From: Rhodothermales bacterium
GTDB taxonomy: Bacteria; Bacteroidota; Rhodothermia; Rhodothermales; UBA10348
Length of the DNA: 64,000 nt
Assembly: GCA_028284865.1 (NCBI GenBank)
Contig: JANQQV010000004.1
Location: 5,467 to 69,466 of the forward strand
Reading direction: 5' to 3'
Shown here: positions 19,984 to 30,156 of the stretch, one piece after another
Numbering within the stretch: the stretch's first letter is position 1
Layout: each line of letters starts with the position of its first letter
The notes under the pieces: model-generated
What the model saw: only the letters and a program-made list of their open reading frames with translations
Told to the model about the DNA's origin: nothing
Database searches by the model: none
Translations under genes and position numbers: made by a program

Positions 19984-22431
19984 CTACTTGATGAGCGTCA
20001 TGGTCCGGGAAATCCGGCGTGACGGAGTCGCAATCGTGTACAGGTACAACCCGGACGTCAGGTCGGAAGCGTCGAAAGACACTTCGTGCTGGCCCGCGGG
20101 CAAGGTGCTGTTCACCAGTGTGGCCACGTTCCGACCAAGCAGATCGAAAACCTGAAGCTGAACGTCTTCCGTTTGCGGCAGGCTGAATCGGATCTGAGTC
20201 GAAGGATTGAACGGATTCGGGTAGTTCTGCTCCAGCGTCAATGTCCGGGGCAGTACATCCGCGTCCTCCGTGTCAGTCGATCCTGCCATCAGGTCAATCG
20301 TCGCCCGGATGGGCGCCACCTGTCCATCAAACACGGATTGACCACCGGACGTGATGTCGTCGAACGGTGCCCAGCCCAATCCTGAATTCCCGAATGTCGT
20401 GAACAGGTAACTGGGTAGATCCGACGTGGCTGAGTTTGCCATGGGGACGATTACGTGATTGTCATCGCTACCCAGGTCGGCGATACTGACATAGATCGGT
20501 CCCTGCGCGTTCTCCAGGATGCCGATTTCGTCACTGAAATCAACGGTTTGGTAGGTGAGATCACCTGTCGACGATCCGGATGTCCACAGCACTTCCTTGG
20601 AGACGAGTAACTCACCGGGATCTCCGTCAAGGTCGGCGTAAACCTTGACGACCAGGTCCCTCGTGTTGGTGGCTGTATCTACGCCAACATCGCTCATGAA
20701 TAGAACGGCCACATCGACAGAGGTCAATGCTGCACCGGTCGGAATCACAAACTGGTTAGCGAATTCCGATTCCGGAGTGATCGAATATCCTTGGCTACCG
20801 CCCAACGCGTATGCGACCAACAGGCCACCATCATCCGTGGCCGCTGTTCCAGAATCGTACGTGAGAACTTCCAATTGCGAGTTGCCGGCGAAGTCTTCCC
20901 AATTCGCGTTCACTACAAATGAGGCCGTACTGCTTGTGGTCAGGTCGACGTGAGGCACGATGAGATGGATCTCGTCGAACTCTCCCGAGATAGAGAGAGG
21001 CTCCCCGCCCACTTCGGGCTCGGCGCGCTGCAACTGACCGCCAGCTGGTTTCATGACCAGAACCGGCGATAATCGGTTTGCTCCCGAAGTAGCAGAAATA
21101 TCCAAGTTGAAATCGCCCACTTGCGTCCAGCGAAGGTACCGGACGGCCCCAGATGGAAGCGCAGTCACGGAAACCGCTGAAGAGTTCGACTGGGTACCGT
21201 CAATCGTCTGCACGGCAGAAGCCTTGATTCCGGATCTGAAGGGGCTGGCATATCCGAATGCGGGGTTCAGCGATTGGTCATTGATGACATTCGCCACGTG
21301 GAATCCTTGAACCAACTCTTCAAGGAAGGAGGCATCCAAGAAGTTGTCCGTCAGCATCTTGGTGTAATTACCAACGCCGATGCCGCTGCCTCGGGCAATT
21401 TCGCCCACGATCTCAGTGGACAGTCGCTCTGCCAGATAGTGGTGAAAGAGGCCAGCGCGCTGATAATCCTGGTTGCGGGCTCCTCCGTACGGATCGCTTC
21501 GCCAGTCCAGCATGGGCCGCGCGATTTCTGATGTTTCGCCAAGGTAGGAGACGGTCCGCGGCGAATATCCGTTGACGACCTCCGCCCATTCTGCAAGACC
21601 TTCGTCAATGAACGTGAGATCATTGCTGCCGTGCTGTACAGCAAAAATCAAGTGCTGGTATTCGTGCGCCAGCGTGGCCAGCGTGAGGGAGGAGGATCTC
21701 CGGGATCCGTCCAGACGGTAGATTGCCGGGCTGCTGTCCAGGTGAATGATATCTGCCCGGTTGGGTGCATTCAGATCGGAAGGCGAATAGTACCCAACCG
21801 TGAATCCGAGATTGTTGACACCATCATACCCGTCCCGGATATCATGGATCAGGACCTCGATCTTGCCATTCTGATCAATATCGGAAGGAGGGCCGAAAAC
21901 CATGTTGTCGATCTCGATGATGCCAAGGTTGGCATTCCAGGAGTCCGATGGAGTCTCGTCTCCGAGTGCGATGGCGAATTCCTGCCAATCCGACTCCACG
22001 ATCTGTCCGCCATTGGCAGCCAGGTCGGTGTTGGCAATCCAGATGTTGAACAGCGTACCGGTAGCGGCCAACGTGAACGTCTCGTTGTAAGGCTGGCACC
22101 CTCCCGGTCCGTTACATGTAGTGAAGTCGAGTAGCTGAAAGCTCTTCTCTGATCCCGGAGTCACGGCTTGCGAACCTGATTTTGGCAGCACGCCTGCAGT
22201 TTTCATTCGCTTGTATTCCGCCAATGCTGCCTGGCTTTCTGCCGACCGGACCAGTTGCGGAGTACGGTGAATCACCTTTTCACCCGGCAACAAATCGTGA
22301 CCTTGCACGACCCGAACGCCTTGTGGTGCTTTCTGCAATTCGGCTTGCTGCGCGATGGCAGTCGGGATGGCCGACAGAGACAGGACGAGACTCAGAATGA
22401 ATGTAGAAGCCAGATTCCGGGGAATGGACAT
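19984..22431 (-). CDS. Secreted HExxH zinc-metalloprotease-like protein with T9SS C-terminal sorting domain
   Basis: Signal peptide MSIPRNLASTFILSLVLSLSAIPTAIAQ. Catalytic motif LAHEYQHLIF...FIDEGLAEWA. C-terminus NYPNPFNPST...GLYLYTIAT....TMTLIK. It is collinear with 17621-19489 in several blocks. Confidence 0.75.
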   Translation of the reverse strand: MSIPRNLASTFILSLVLSLSAIPTAIAQQAELQKAPQGVRVVQGHDLLPGEKVIHRTPQLVRSAESQAALAEYKRMKTAGVLPKSGSQAVTPGSEKSFQLLDFTTCNGPGGCQPYNETFTLAATGTLFNIWIANTDLAANGGQIVESDWQEFAIALGDETPSDSWNANLGIIEIDNMVFGPPSDIDQNGKIEVLIHDIRDGYDGVNNLGFTVGYYSPSDLNAPNRADIIHLDSSPAIYRLDGSRRSSSLTLATLAHEYQHLIFAVQHGSNDLTFIDEGLAEWAEVVNGYSPRTVSYLGETSEIARPMLDWRSDPYGGARNQDYQRAGLFHHYLAERLSTEIVGEIARGSGIGVGNYTKMLTDNFLDASFLEELVQGFHVANVINDQSLNPAFGYASPFRSGIKASAVQTIDGTQSNSSAVSVTALPSGAVRYLRWTQVGDFNLDISATSGANRLSPVLVMKPAGGQLQRAEPEVGGEPLSISGEFDEIHLIVPHVDLTTSSTASFVVNANWEDFAGNSQLEVLTYDSGTAATDDGGLLVAYALGGSQGYSITPESEFANQFVIPTGAALTSVDVAVLFMSDVGVDTATNTRDLVVKVYADLDGDPGELLVSKEVLWTSGSSTGDLTYQTVDFSDEIGILENAQGPIYVSIADLGSDDNHVIVPMANSATSDLPSYLFTTFGNSGLGWAPFDDITSGGQSVFDGQVAPIRATIDLMAGSTDTEDADVLPRTLTLEQNYPNPFNPSTQIRFSLPQTEDVQLQVFDLLGRNVATLVNSTLPAGQHEVSFDASDLTSGLYLYTIATPSRRISRTMTLIK

Positions 22432-22675
22432 GGAGCAATGGAAACCAGATTGAGGTGGGCGTCAGCGAAATACGCCGACGAGCCACCAAAATCACGACTT
22501 ATCGGATGAACGGGAGTGTAATGGCCTTGACTGGGGCAATAATCGGTCCAATCTCATCCTGAAATGGACCCAATGACACGCGCCGTGCAGGTAAACATTG
22601 GAAACTGCGAAACGCAGGAAGGGTTCGGACAACTCAGCGCATTCCAAGTAGCCAAGGGTGACCCCCGGAAAGACC

Positions 22676-23047
22676 ATGCGAGACCTGACGCCAGAAGAAG
22701 CCCGCGTCATCCTCCACAAAGGAACGGAGCGACCATACTCCGGCGAGTACGATGACTTCTATGAGGCCGGCACGTATCACTGCCGACAGTGCGATGCAGC
22801 CCTCTATCGCAGCGCGGACAAGTTCTCATCGGGATGTGGATGGCCGAGCTTCGACGATGAGATCCCGGGTGCAGTTCGTCGCGTACCGGATGCGGACGGG
22901 CGTCGAACGGAGATCGTTTGTGCCAACTGCGACGGCCATTTGGGCCACGTCTTTATCGGTGAGCGGTTTACCTCCAAGAACACCCGCCACTGCGTGAACT
23001 CCATCTCGATGGTATTCAAGCCGGATGCCACCCCAACCAACGACTAG
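22676..23047 (+). CDS. msrB: Peptide-methionine (R)-S-oxide reductase
   Basis: Contains [10 protein letters not shown], the zinc CxxC pairs ([21 protein letters not shown]) and catalytic RHCVNS. ATG 22676 is preferred over GTG 22658. Confidence 0.9.
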   Translation: MRDLTPEEARVILHKGTERPYSGEYDDFYEAGTYHCRQCDAALYRSADKFSSGCGWPSFDDEIPGAVRRVPDADGRRTEIVCANCDGHLGHVFIGERFTSKNTRHCVNSISMVFKPDATPTND

Positions 23048-23074
23048 CTTCTGTCTGAACTGATTTGACTGATC

Positions 23075-23578
23075 ATGAGCAACGCTGAAAACAGAGCCAT
23101 CTTCGCATCGGGCTGCTTCTGGGGAACGGAGCACTTCATGAAACAAGCGCCGGGAGTCCTGTCCATCCGTGTGGGGTATTCGGGCGGTCACGTAAAGAAT
23201 CCGCCCTACCGGGAAGTGTGTCGAGGAACGACGGGCCACGCCGAGGTGGTTGAGTTGACGTGGGATCCTGCGATTACCGACTACGAAACCCTGGCACGTC
23301 TCTTTTTCGAGACGCATGATCCGACACAAGTGAATCGGCAGGGGCCGGATGTGGGTACCCAGTATCGATCCGCGGTGTTCTATTTGAACGAAGAGCAAAA
23401 AGCCACCGCAGAGAAGCTGATCGGTATGCTGGAGGCTCAAGGGTTGAGTATCGCCACCGAGGTCACGGCTGCTGGTCCGGTCTATGAGGCCGAGGAGTAC
23501 CACCAGGACTACTATGCCAAGACAGGCGGATCACCGTACTGCCACACCTACATCAAGCGCTTCACGGATCAGGACTGA
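23075..23578 (+). CDS. msrA: Peptide-methionine (S)-S-oxide reductase
   Basis: Contains the GCFWG active site, plus GHAEVV, DPTQ.NRQG.D.G.QYRS and YHQ.Y. Confidence 0.93.
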   Translation: MSNAENRAIFASGCFWGTEHFMKQAPGVLSIRVGYSGGHVKNPPYREVCRGTTGHAEVVELTWDPAITDYETLARLFFETHDPTQVNRQGPDVGTQYRSAVFYLNEEQKATAEKLIGMLEAQGLSIATEVTAAGPVYEAEEYHQDYYAKTGGSPYCHTYIKRFTDQD

Positions 23579-23681
23579 CGGGTGCCAGCCCTCATGAATC
23601 GCTCCGTTCGCTTCGATCACTTCGATCGTCGATGCGCTCAGCCTGCGCTGACCGCCGGGCTACGAGGGAAGCCGCAACTGA

Positions 23682-24866
23682 TCAGCGTCGCTTGATCGTA
23701 GCGATGTACGCTTGCCCGTCGACTCCATCGGCCGCCTGACCAATCAACGCATGGCCATCGTCAAACGCGATGGCGGCGCCAAATGCCGACTCGCCGACGT
23801 CAAAGACGCGACGCTGCTGCCATTCGCCTTTGCGCGACTCGAAGACGTAGACCACCTGATCGACGTTGAAGTCCAGCTCAAGCTGCTCGTCGTATCCAGA
23901 GACCAGCACGACATCGTCGCCGAGGGCAACCCGCGTTCCAAATGCACCTGCGGAGTAGGGCGTCTTTGGCTTGAGGGTGGTGACCACATTCCATTCTCCT
24001 CCTCGCAGGCGCAACAAGCGGGCGCTTCCGGACTGATTCAGGCCGCCACGCGATTCGCCGATCAGGAGCTGATTTCCCCTGAGATCCACGTCGATGAAGA
24101 AGCCTTTGACCCCGCGAACAGTCTCGTTGTGGACCCACTCATCCCCCTCACGGTGATAGATGGCGACAAATCCCGCTTCCTCCCTCGAATAGGTGGACCC
24201 GGAAATGGCCAGCCAGCGGCCATCCAAAGCAGCAGACGTGCCCAAGGTGCCCGCTTGCAGTGGCAGGGGACTGGTTACGGTGTCTTCCAGTGACCACTCT
24301 CCGTCACGCTGGTAAAAGACGAACCCTTTCCCGTTGGATCCGCTGCCGGAAGCATCCCCGGCAGAGGTGACCAAAAGCCGGTTTCCGTCCAGGTCCACGG
24401 CGGCAGCGAACGGACCAGAAGCGTCACGGTCCGGGCTGGAAATACGCGCGGTCTGTTGCCAGATGCCGTCGTCCAACTCGAACACGTACACGTGGTTGGA
24501 TACGGCTCGACCAATGAACGTCCGGAACGCGGAGACCACGATGCGGTCTCCATCCAGAGCTACGGAGCTGCCGAAGAAAGCGCCCTCCTCGCACACGGAT
24601 TGATCCAGACGCTGGGCCAACTGCCACTCTTTTCCGTCCCGGTGATAGACCCAGGCCGACCCTGTATTCGGGCCGCACTGATCATCACCTGTGGCCCCCA
24701 CGACGGCCCAATCCCCGTCGATCGCGACAGATCCTCCAAAGAAGACGGATTCCAACGAGTCCGGACGCGCCAGTTTGGTAAGCTGCGCATCAACGGTCTG
24801 CATGCCCGTGAGGCCCAAGAGGAAGAGGGATATGAGTAGGCGACTTGTCACACGCGATAAAACCAC
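23682..24866 (-). CDS. Secreted seven-repeat beta-propeller protein (FG-GAP-like repeats)
   Basis: GTG start with signal peptide. There are seven copies of an ~50-aa repeat carrying FG.SVA(L/I)DG(D/N).(L/A)(V/L)(V/I)(G/S), for example FGGSVAIDGDWAVVGA, FGSSVALDGDRIVVSA and FGAAIAFDDGHALIGQ. Confidence 0.7.
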   Translation of the reverse strand: MVLSRVTSRLLISLFLLGLTGMQTVDAQLTKLARPDSLESVFFGGSVAIDGDWAVVGATGDDQCGPNTGSAWVYHRDGKEWQLAQRLDQSVCEEGAFFGSSVALDGDRIVVSAFRTFIGRAVSNHVYVFELDDGIWQQTARISSPDRDASGPFAAAVDLDGNRLLVTSAGDASGSGSNGKGFVFYQRDGEWSLEDTVTSPLPLQAGTLGTSAALDGRWLAISGSTYSREEAGFVAIYHREGDEWVHNETVRGVKGFFIDVDLRGNQLLIGESRGGLNQSGSARLLRLRGGEWNVVTTLKPKTPYSAGAFGTRVALGDDVVLVSGYDEQLELDFNVDQVVYVFESRKGEWQQRRVFDVGESAFGAAIAFDDGHALIGQAADGVDGQAYIATIKRR

Positions 24867-24995
24867 TCAGCCTTGGAGCGGTTGCCTGCCAGCGATGGAT
24901 TCCATCCGGTTTGCCGCATTGACGAAGCGAACGGTCACTGCGCACTTCCGAGTGACCGGAATCAGAACCCGGGTCCATCAACTCGTCCTCGGATC

Positions 24996-27170
24996 TCAGA
25001 CGCTGAGATCCCGCTCCATCATCGCCTCGGCCAACTCTTCCCACCAGGTCATCTGCTTCTCGTGTTTGGCCTTCGCCTGCTCATACCGATTCATCAGCTT
25101 CTTGCCTTTGACCGGGTCCGCAAACAGCTCCGGGTCGGCCAACTGTTGTTCCATTTCGCTGATCGATGACTCCAGCGTCTCGACTTCCTCTGAAACCTGT
25201 TCGAACTCTTTCTTGAGTTTGTAATCATTCAAGCCTGCCGCCTTCGAGCCGCTTGCGGCGATCTTCTGCTTCCGTTTGCGAGCACGTTCTTCCGCTTCCC
25301 GCCGTTTTTGCTCTTTGCTCTTGGGGCCGCTAGACGCCGTTGCTGAGCCAGAATCAGCTTGCGAGTCGGCTTTGGAGGCGATTTCAGGCCGGGGAGCGTC
25401 ACGGGTGGGTTCGGGGAGCGCGTCGGCGCGGGCAGTGCCGTGCTCGACCTGCCAGAGATAGTCACTGTAGTTGCCTTCGAACTGCTGGATGCCGCCCGCG
25501 CCGACGCGCCAAACCTTGCCCACAATCTCGTCGAGGAAGTGACGGTTGTGCGAGACGACGACGAATGTGCCCGTGTACTGACGAAGCGCCTCAGCCAACA
25601 CGGCAATGGATTGGATATCCAGGTGGTTGGTGGGCTCATCGAGGATGAGCAGGTTGGCGGGAGAGGCCAGTGTGCGGGCCAGCGCGACGCGGCTTCGCTC
25701 TCCCCCCGACAACAATTTCACCTTCTTGAACACATCGTCTCCCCGGAAGAGGAATGCTCCAAGCAGCGTGCGAAGCTCTGTTTCCGAGCGATTCGGGGCA
25801 GATTCGCGCAATGCATCCAGAGCCGTCTGGTTGCGATCCAAAGAAGCGGCCTGGTGCTGGGCGAAGAACGTGATCTCCACATTGTGACCCATCTTTCGGA
25901 GCCCGTCGAAGTCTTCCGTGCCCAGGAGCATCCGAGCCAGCGTCGATTTTCCGGCCCCGTTCCTTCCGATGAGCGCAATCTTGTCGCCGCGCTCTATGTG
26001 GACCGGACCCGCGTTGTCGAATACCGGGATGTCCGGACCGTGATCGGAGGGGTAAGTCTTCGAAAACTGCCCCAACTCCATGACCACCTTCCCAGAGCGC
26101 GGAGGCTCTGGGAAGCGGAACGAGATGGTGGCCTCGTCGGAGGGAGGCTCTGGAACCCGCTCCAGTTTCTCGAGCATCTTCACTCGTGACTGGACCTGGG
26201 TCGCCTTGGTGTTCTTGTAGCGGAAACGCTCGATGAATCGCTCGTTGTCGGCGATCATCTTTTGCTGATTCACCCACGCGGCCCGCTGCAGCTCACGCCG
26301 TTCGACGCGATCCTTCAGGTAGAAGCTGTAATTACCGGCATACTCGGTCAGTCGTCCCTGGATCAATTCGACCGTAGTGTCGACCATCCGATCGAGGAAG
26401 TAGCGATCGTGGGATACCAGGATGACCGTCCCTGGATAGGTTTTCAGGTACTCCTCGAGCCAGTCAATGGAATCGATATCAAGGTGGTTGGTCGGCTCAT
26501 CAAGCAGCAAAACGTCCGGTTGGCGCAAGAGAAGTTTCGCCAGGGCGACGCGCATGCGCCATCCTCCCGAAAACGTAGCCAGTTCACGATCAAAATCGTC
26601 TGTTTCGAAGCCGAGGCCACCTAACACCGACTGCGTCCGCGGCTTGATCATGTGGATCTCTTTGGCCAACAACTGCTGGTGGGTCCGGTCGAAAGCCGCC
26701 ATCAACTGCTGATACTCCGTGGACGTGTGATCCTCGTGCGCATCCATCGCCGCGATGATCCGCTGCTCTTCCGCTTCCAGATCCAATGTCTCCTGAAAGG
26801 CCGTCATCGCCTCCCCGAGAACCGTCGTGCCAGGAGACACTTCTTCGGTCTCCTGACGCAAATAGCCAACGGTTTGGCTGGCACGAACGATGTCGCCTCC
26901 GTCAGGCGTGATTTCGCCCGAAATCAACTTGAGCAGGGTCGTCTTTCCTGCTCCATTGGGTCCGACCAACCCGAAGCGTTTCCCGATGCGCAGCGCCCAG
27001 GAAGCCCGATCCAGGATTACCTGGGAGCCGAAAGCAAGGGATATATTCTGGATCTGAATGATGGTGCGTTCCGCGGGGATGTTCGCTTTAGCAACTAGTA
27101 AGCGTTCTCGTGTACGAAACCCTTCCAGACGGTCATCAGCATGATCTTCAGATCCAGGCGAAGAGACCAA
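24996..27170 (-). CDS. ABC-F family ATPase (two ABC cassettes, no membrane domain)
   Basis: Walker A GPNGAGKTT and GRNGAGKST. Signatures LSGGWRMRV and LSGGERSRV. It has a K/R/E-rich stretch and a coiled-coil-like C-terminal tail. The 5' end is uncertain: the TTG at 27170 overlaps the upstream gene by 76 nt. Confidence 0.85.
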   Translation of the reverse strand: MVSSPGSEDHADDRLEGFRTRERLLVAKANIPAERTIIQIQNISLAFGSQVILDRASWALRIGKRFGLVGPNGAGKTTLLKLISGEITPDGGDIVRASQTVGYLRQETEEVSPGTTVLGEAMTAFQETLDLEAEEQRIIAAMDAHEDHTSTEYQQLMAAFDRTHQQLLAKEIHMIKPRTQSVLGGLGFETDDFDRELATFSGGWRMRVALAKLLLRQPDVLLLDEPTNHLDIDSIDWLEEYLKTYPGTVILVSHDRYFLDRMVDTTVELIQGRLTEYAGNYSFYLKDRVERRELQRAAWVNQQKMIADNERFIERFRYKNTKATQVQSRVKMLEKLERVPEPPSDEATISFRFPEPPRSGKVVMELGQFSKTYPSDHGPDIPVFDNAGPVHIERGDKIALIGRNGAGKSTLARMLLGTEDFDGLRKMGHNVEITFFAQHQAASLDRNQTALDALRESAPNRSETELRTLLGAFLFRGDDVFKKVKLLSGGERSRVALARTLASPANLLILDEPTNHLDIQSIAVLAEALRQYTGTFVVVSHNRHFLDEIVGKVWRVGAGGIQQFEGNYSDYLWQVEHGTARADALPEPTRDAPRPEIASKADSQADSGSATASSGPKSKEQKRREAEERARKRKQKIAASGSKAAGLNDYKLKKEFEQVSEEVETLESSISEMEQQLADPELFADPVKGKKLMNRYEQAKAKHEKQMTWWEELAEAMMERDLSV

Positions 27171-28504
27171 TTCTGGATGTAATAGAGGTCGAATTCAATG
27201 CGCTTTTCGATCGACGTATTGCCGCGCCAGCCGTTCACCTGCGCCCACCCGGTGATACCTGCTTTCATCTTGTGACGAAGCATGTACTTCGGGATCTGCC
27301 CCCGGAATTCCTCAATGAAAACGGGACGTTCGGGTCTCGGACCAACGACGGACATATCGCCTTTGAGCACATTGAAGAACTGCGGCAGTTCGTCCAGGGA
27401 AGTCTTTCGAAGGAATGCGCCCACCCGTGTGGCTCTCGACTCACCCGCTTTCGCCCAGACCGCACCGGATTTCTGCTCGGCATCCACAGGCATCGAACGG
27501 AACTTCAGCATGTCGAAGGTCAGTCCATTCAGTCCCATGCGTTCCTGTCTGTAAAACACCGGTCCCGGTGACGACAATTTGACGGCGATGGCTATAAGCA
27601 ACAGAATGGGCGATATCACCAACAGGAATAGCGCTGAAAACGCGATATCGATGAATCGCTTGACTCCTCTGCGGAAGTCCAAAGGGGCCTCGTCGATGAT
27701 ATGGATGACCGGGAGTCCACCGATATCAGTGATCCGGCTGTTGAGGAGATCCAGTTGGAACAGGTCAGGCACCAGGCAGACGTGCGCCAGTCGCGACGAC
27801 ATTTCGTTGGTGATCTGGGTGATCCGGTCTGTCGCCGAGATAGGCAGGGTCACATAGACATATTGGATGGGGGATCCGTTGGCCTCATGACGATCAAGCA
27901 CCGCCCCCAGGTCGTCAATGGTACCAACAACGTCTCCTTCGTCCTGCTTGGCATCGTCCAGAAATCCCACTGTTTCGAATCCCATCCACGGATACTGGTG
28001 GAATGCATCCTCCAGTCGCCGGCCGGTCCGACCTGCACCGACGATCAGGACCCGACGAAGAAATCGCCCTTGCGCACGACCCCGCTTCAGATAGGTCAGG
28101 ATGGCCAACCGCAAGAGTACAAGGAGGAGGGGCAGGTACATCCCGAACAGCAGCATGTGCAGTCGGGAGAAGTAGAAAGCTCGGTAGAACGACGTCGCGG
28201 CGGCGGCAAAGATGATTCCGATGACGATCGCCTTCGTGATCGTGTAGATCAGCGTGGACATACGCTGAGCCCGGTCGGGGACATACAGTCCGGAGGCCCA
28301 GAAAACCAGCATGGAAAGGATCAGCACCCACGGTACGAACCGGGTGTACATCGAAAGCGGCAGCCACTCGGGAAGGGGGAATACTCCCAGCCAGGGGAAG
28401 AGCTCGAAGCGGGTATAATAGGCCAGTACCCAGCTGACGACCACGATCAGGGCGTCAGCAAAAAAGAGAAGTCGTTGGAAGAGCCGGCTCTGCTCCTGCA
28501 GCAT
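27095..28504 (-). CDS. Polyprenyl-phosphate glycosylphosphotransferase (WcaJ/WbaP-like initiating sugar transferase)
   Basis: N-terminal TM helices, a Rossmann-like VLIVGAGRTGRRL segment, and a catalytic core with PVFYRQERMG, KFRSM and DELPQFFNVLKGDMSVVGPRP. Confidence 0.87.
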   Translation of the reverse strand: MLQEQSRLFQRLLFFADALIVVVSWVLAYYTRFELFPWLGVFPLPEWLPLSMYTRFVPWVLILSMLVFWASGLYVPDRAQRMSTLIYTITKAIVIGIIFAAAATSFYRAFYFSRLHMLLFGMYLPLLLVLLRLAILTYLKRGRAQGRFLRRVLIVGAGRTGRRLEDAFHQYPWMGFETVGFLDDAKQDEGDVVGTIDDLGAVLDRHEANGSPIQYVYVTLPISATDRITQITNEMSSRLAHVCLVPDLFQLDLLNSRITDIGGLPVIHIIDEAPLDFRRGVKRFIDIAFSALFLLVISPILLLIAIAVKLSSPGPVFYRQERMGLNGLTFDMLKFRSMPVDAEQKSGAVWAKAGESRATRVGAFLRKTSLDELPQFFNVLKGDMSVVGPRPERPVFIEEFRGQIPKYMLRHKMKAGITGWAQVNGWRGNTSIEKRIEFDLYYIQNWSLRLDLKIMLMTVWKGFVHENAY

Positions 28505-28607
28505 GGCGGGTTACGATAAGTGGGCTGAAAACGGTAACCGTATTCGGGGGGCCGGCGAGGGTACGTGAAAAAGGAATGGGAAGAATGACCGGGGGGAAGG
28601 TTCCGCG

Positions 28608-29024
28608 TCAGGATGGGGAAGAGAGGACCTTCACCACCTTTTCTGGTGCACGGACGGGTCTGCCTCGCTTCGGATCGAAGAAGCACAGGTCCACGCGACC
28701 CGTAGCCAACAGCTGTTCGTTTTCCGCTTTCAGCACGCGATAATGGCAACTGATCCTGACCGTGGAGGCGGAAAGCTCAGGTGTGGTTTCGACGATGATT
28801 TCCTCATCGTACCTGGCCGATTCCTTGTAGTCGATTTCCAGGTGGGTGACGGGAAGCGTCAGCCCTCCATCTTCGATGGCCTTGTACGGCATGCCCGCGT
28901 CGCGAAGAGCTTCGGTGCGTGCGTATTCGAACCAGTCGAGATAGTGGACGTGGTAGGCGATTCCCATGGGATCGCATTCCCGGAAGCGGACCCGGTAGAG
29001 GAAACGATGGGGAGTTCCAGTCAT
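28608..29024 (-). CDS. Acyl-CoA thioesterase, 4HBT/YbgC hot-dog family
   Basis: 138 aa. Contains YRVRFRECDPMGIAYHVHYLDWFEYARTE, the typical N-terminal catalytic Asp block of YbgC-like thioesterases. Confidence 0.8.
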   Translation of the reverse strand: MTGTPHRFLYRVRFRECDPMGIAYHVHYLDWFEYARTEALRDAGMPYKAIEDGGLTLPVTHLEIDYKESARYDEEIIVETTPELSASTVRISCHYRVLKAENEQLLATGRVDLCFFDPKRGRPVRAPEKVVKVLSSPS

Positions 29025-29066
29025 GGAGCGTGCAGCAAACGGTGGGTCCGAGTCGAAGCGTGGGGC

Positions 29067-30062
29067 CTAGACCGTCGCGAATGGTCCAATGGCGTCGTAC
29101 TTGGCGATGCGCTGATCGATCAACTCTTCAGGAGACAGCTTCTGGAGCTGCTTCAGATGCTTGACGATGGCTTTGCCCATGGCATCTGAAGTTGTTTTTG
29201 CGTCGTGATGAGCGCCGCCCATCGGTTCAGAAATCACATCGTCCACGACATTCTGCTCAACAAGGTCGGGAGCCGTCAATTTCAAGGCGCGAGCCGCCTC
29301 TTCCTTGAAATCCCAGGAGCGCCAAAGGATGGCAGAGCAGTTCTCTGGCGATATGACAGAGTACCATGCGTTCTCAAGCATCAACAGGCGATCGCCAACG
29401 CCGATGCCCAGTGCACCGCCTGAGGCACCTTCACCGATCACGACAACGAGAATCGGAACCGGAAGGCGGGCCATTTCCAGGAGATTCCGGGCGATGGCTT
29501 CGGCCTGACCCCGTTCTTCGGCTTCCTGGCCTGGAAAGGCGCCAGGTGTATCCAGAAGGGTGATGATGGGCTTGTTGAACCGGGCCGCCATCTGCATGAG
29601 GCGCAGCGCCTTACGGTATCCTTCTGGATTCGGCATGCCGAAGCGACGATACTTGCGGCTTTTTGTATCTCGGCCCTTTTGATGCCCGAGGATCATGACC
29701 GACTGATCCTTGCCACCATACCGGGAGCCCTTGAATGTGGCGAAACCTCCGACAATGGCAGGGTCATCGCCAAACAACCGGTCGCCGTGCAATTCGACGA
29801 AGCCTTCGGTCATGTTCTCGATATGATCGAGCGAATAGGGGCGATCCGGATGACGGGCAATCTGCACGCGCTGCCAGCGGGTGAGATTCTCGTAAATGGA
29901 CTTCCGCAGCTCATCGACCCGCTTTTCGAGGTCCCGGATCGTGCTTTCCAGATCCTTTCCGGTCTCTTCATTCCGGATGGACCGCATCTCTTCGAGCTTA
30001 GCCTCCAATTCGAACAGGGGCTTCTCGAAATCCAGCAGTTGGGAGTTGGTAGTGCTCGCCAT
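29067..30062 (-). CDS. accA: Acetyl-CoA carboxylase carboxyltransferase alpha subunit
   Basis: 331 aa. Contains [31 protein letters not shown] and [11 protein letters not shown], which are AccA hallmarks. Confidence 0.93.
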   Translation of the reverse strand: MASTTNSQLLDFEKPLFELEAKLEEMRSIRNEETGKDLESTIRDLEKRVDELRKSIYENLTRWQRVQIARHPDRPYSLDHIENMTEGFVELHGDRLFGDDPAIVGGFATFKGSRYGGKDQSVMILGHQKGRDTKSRKYRRFGMPNPEGYRKALRLMQMAARFNKPIITLLDTPGAFPGQEAEERGQAEAIARNLLEMARLPVPILVVVIGEGASGGALGIGVGDRLLMLENAWYSVISPENCSAILWRSWDFKEEAARALKLTAPDLVEQNVVDDVISEPMGGAHHDAKTTSDAMGKAIVKHLKQLQKLSPEELIDQRIAKYDAIGPFATV

Positions 30063-30156
30063 ACAGGGGGTGGGTTGGTGAAAAGGCGGGTAGCAGACAG
30101 ACCCGATGAAGGGTCACCGGACCGAAATCACACGTGCTTGATCAGCATATGCTTGA

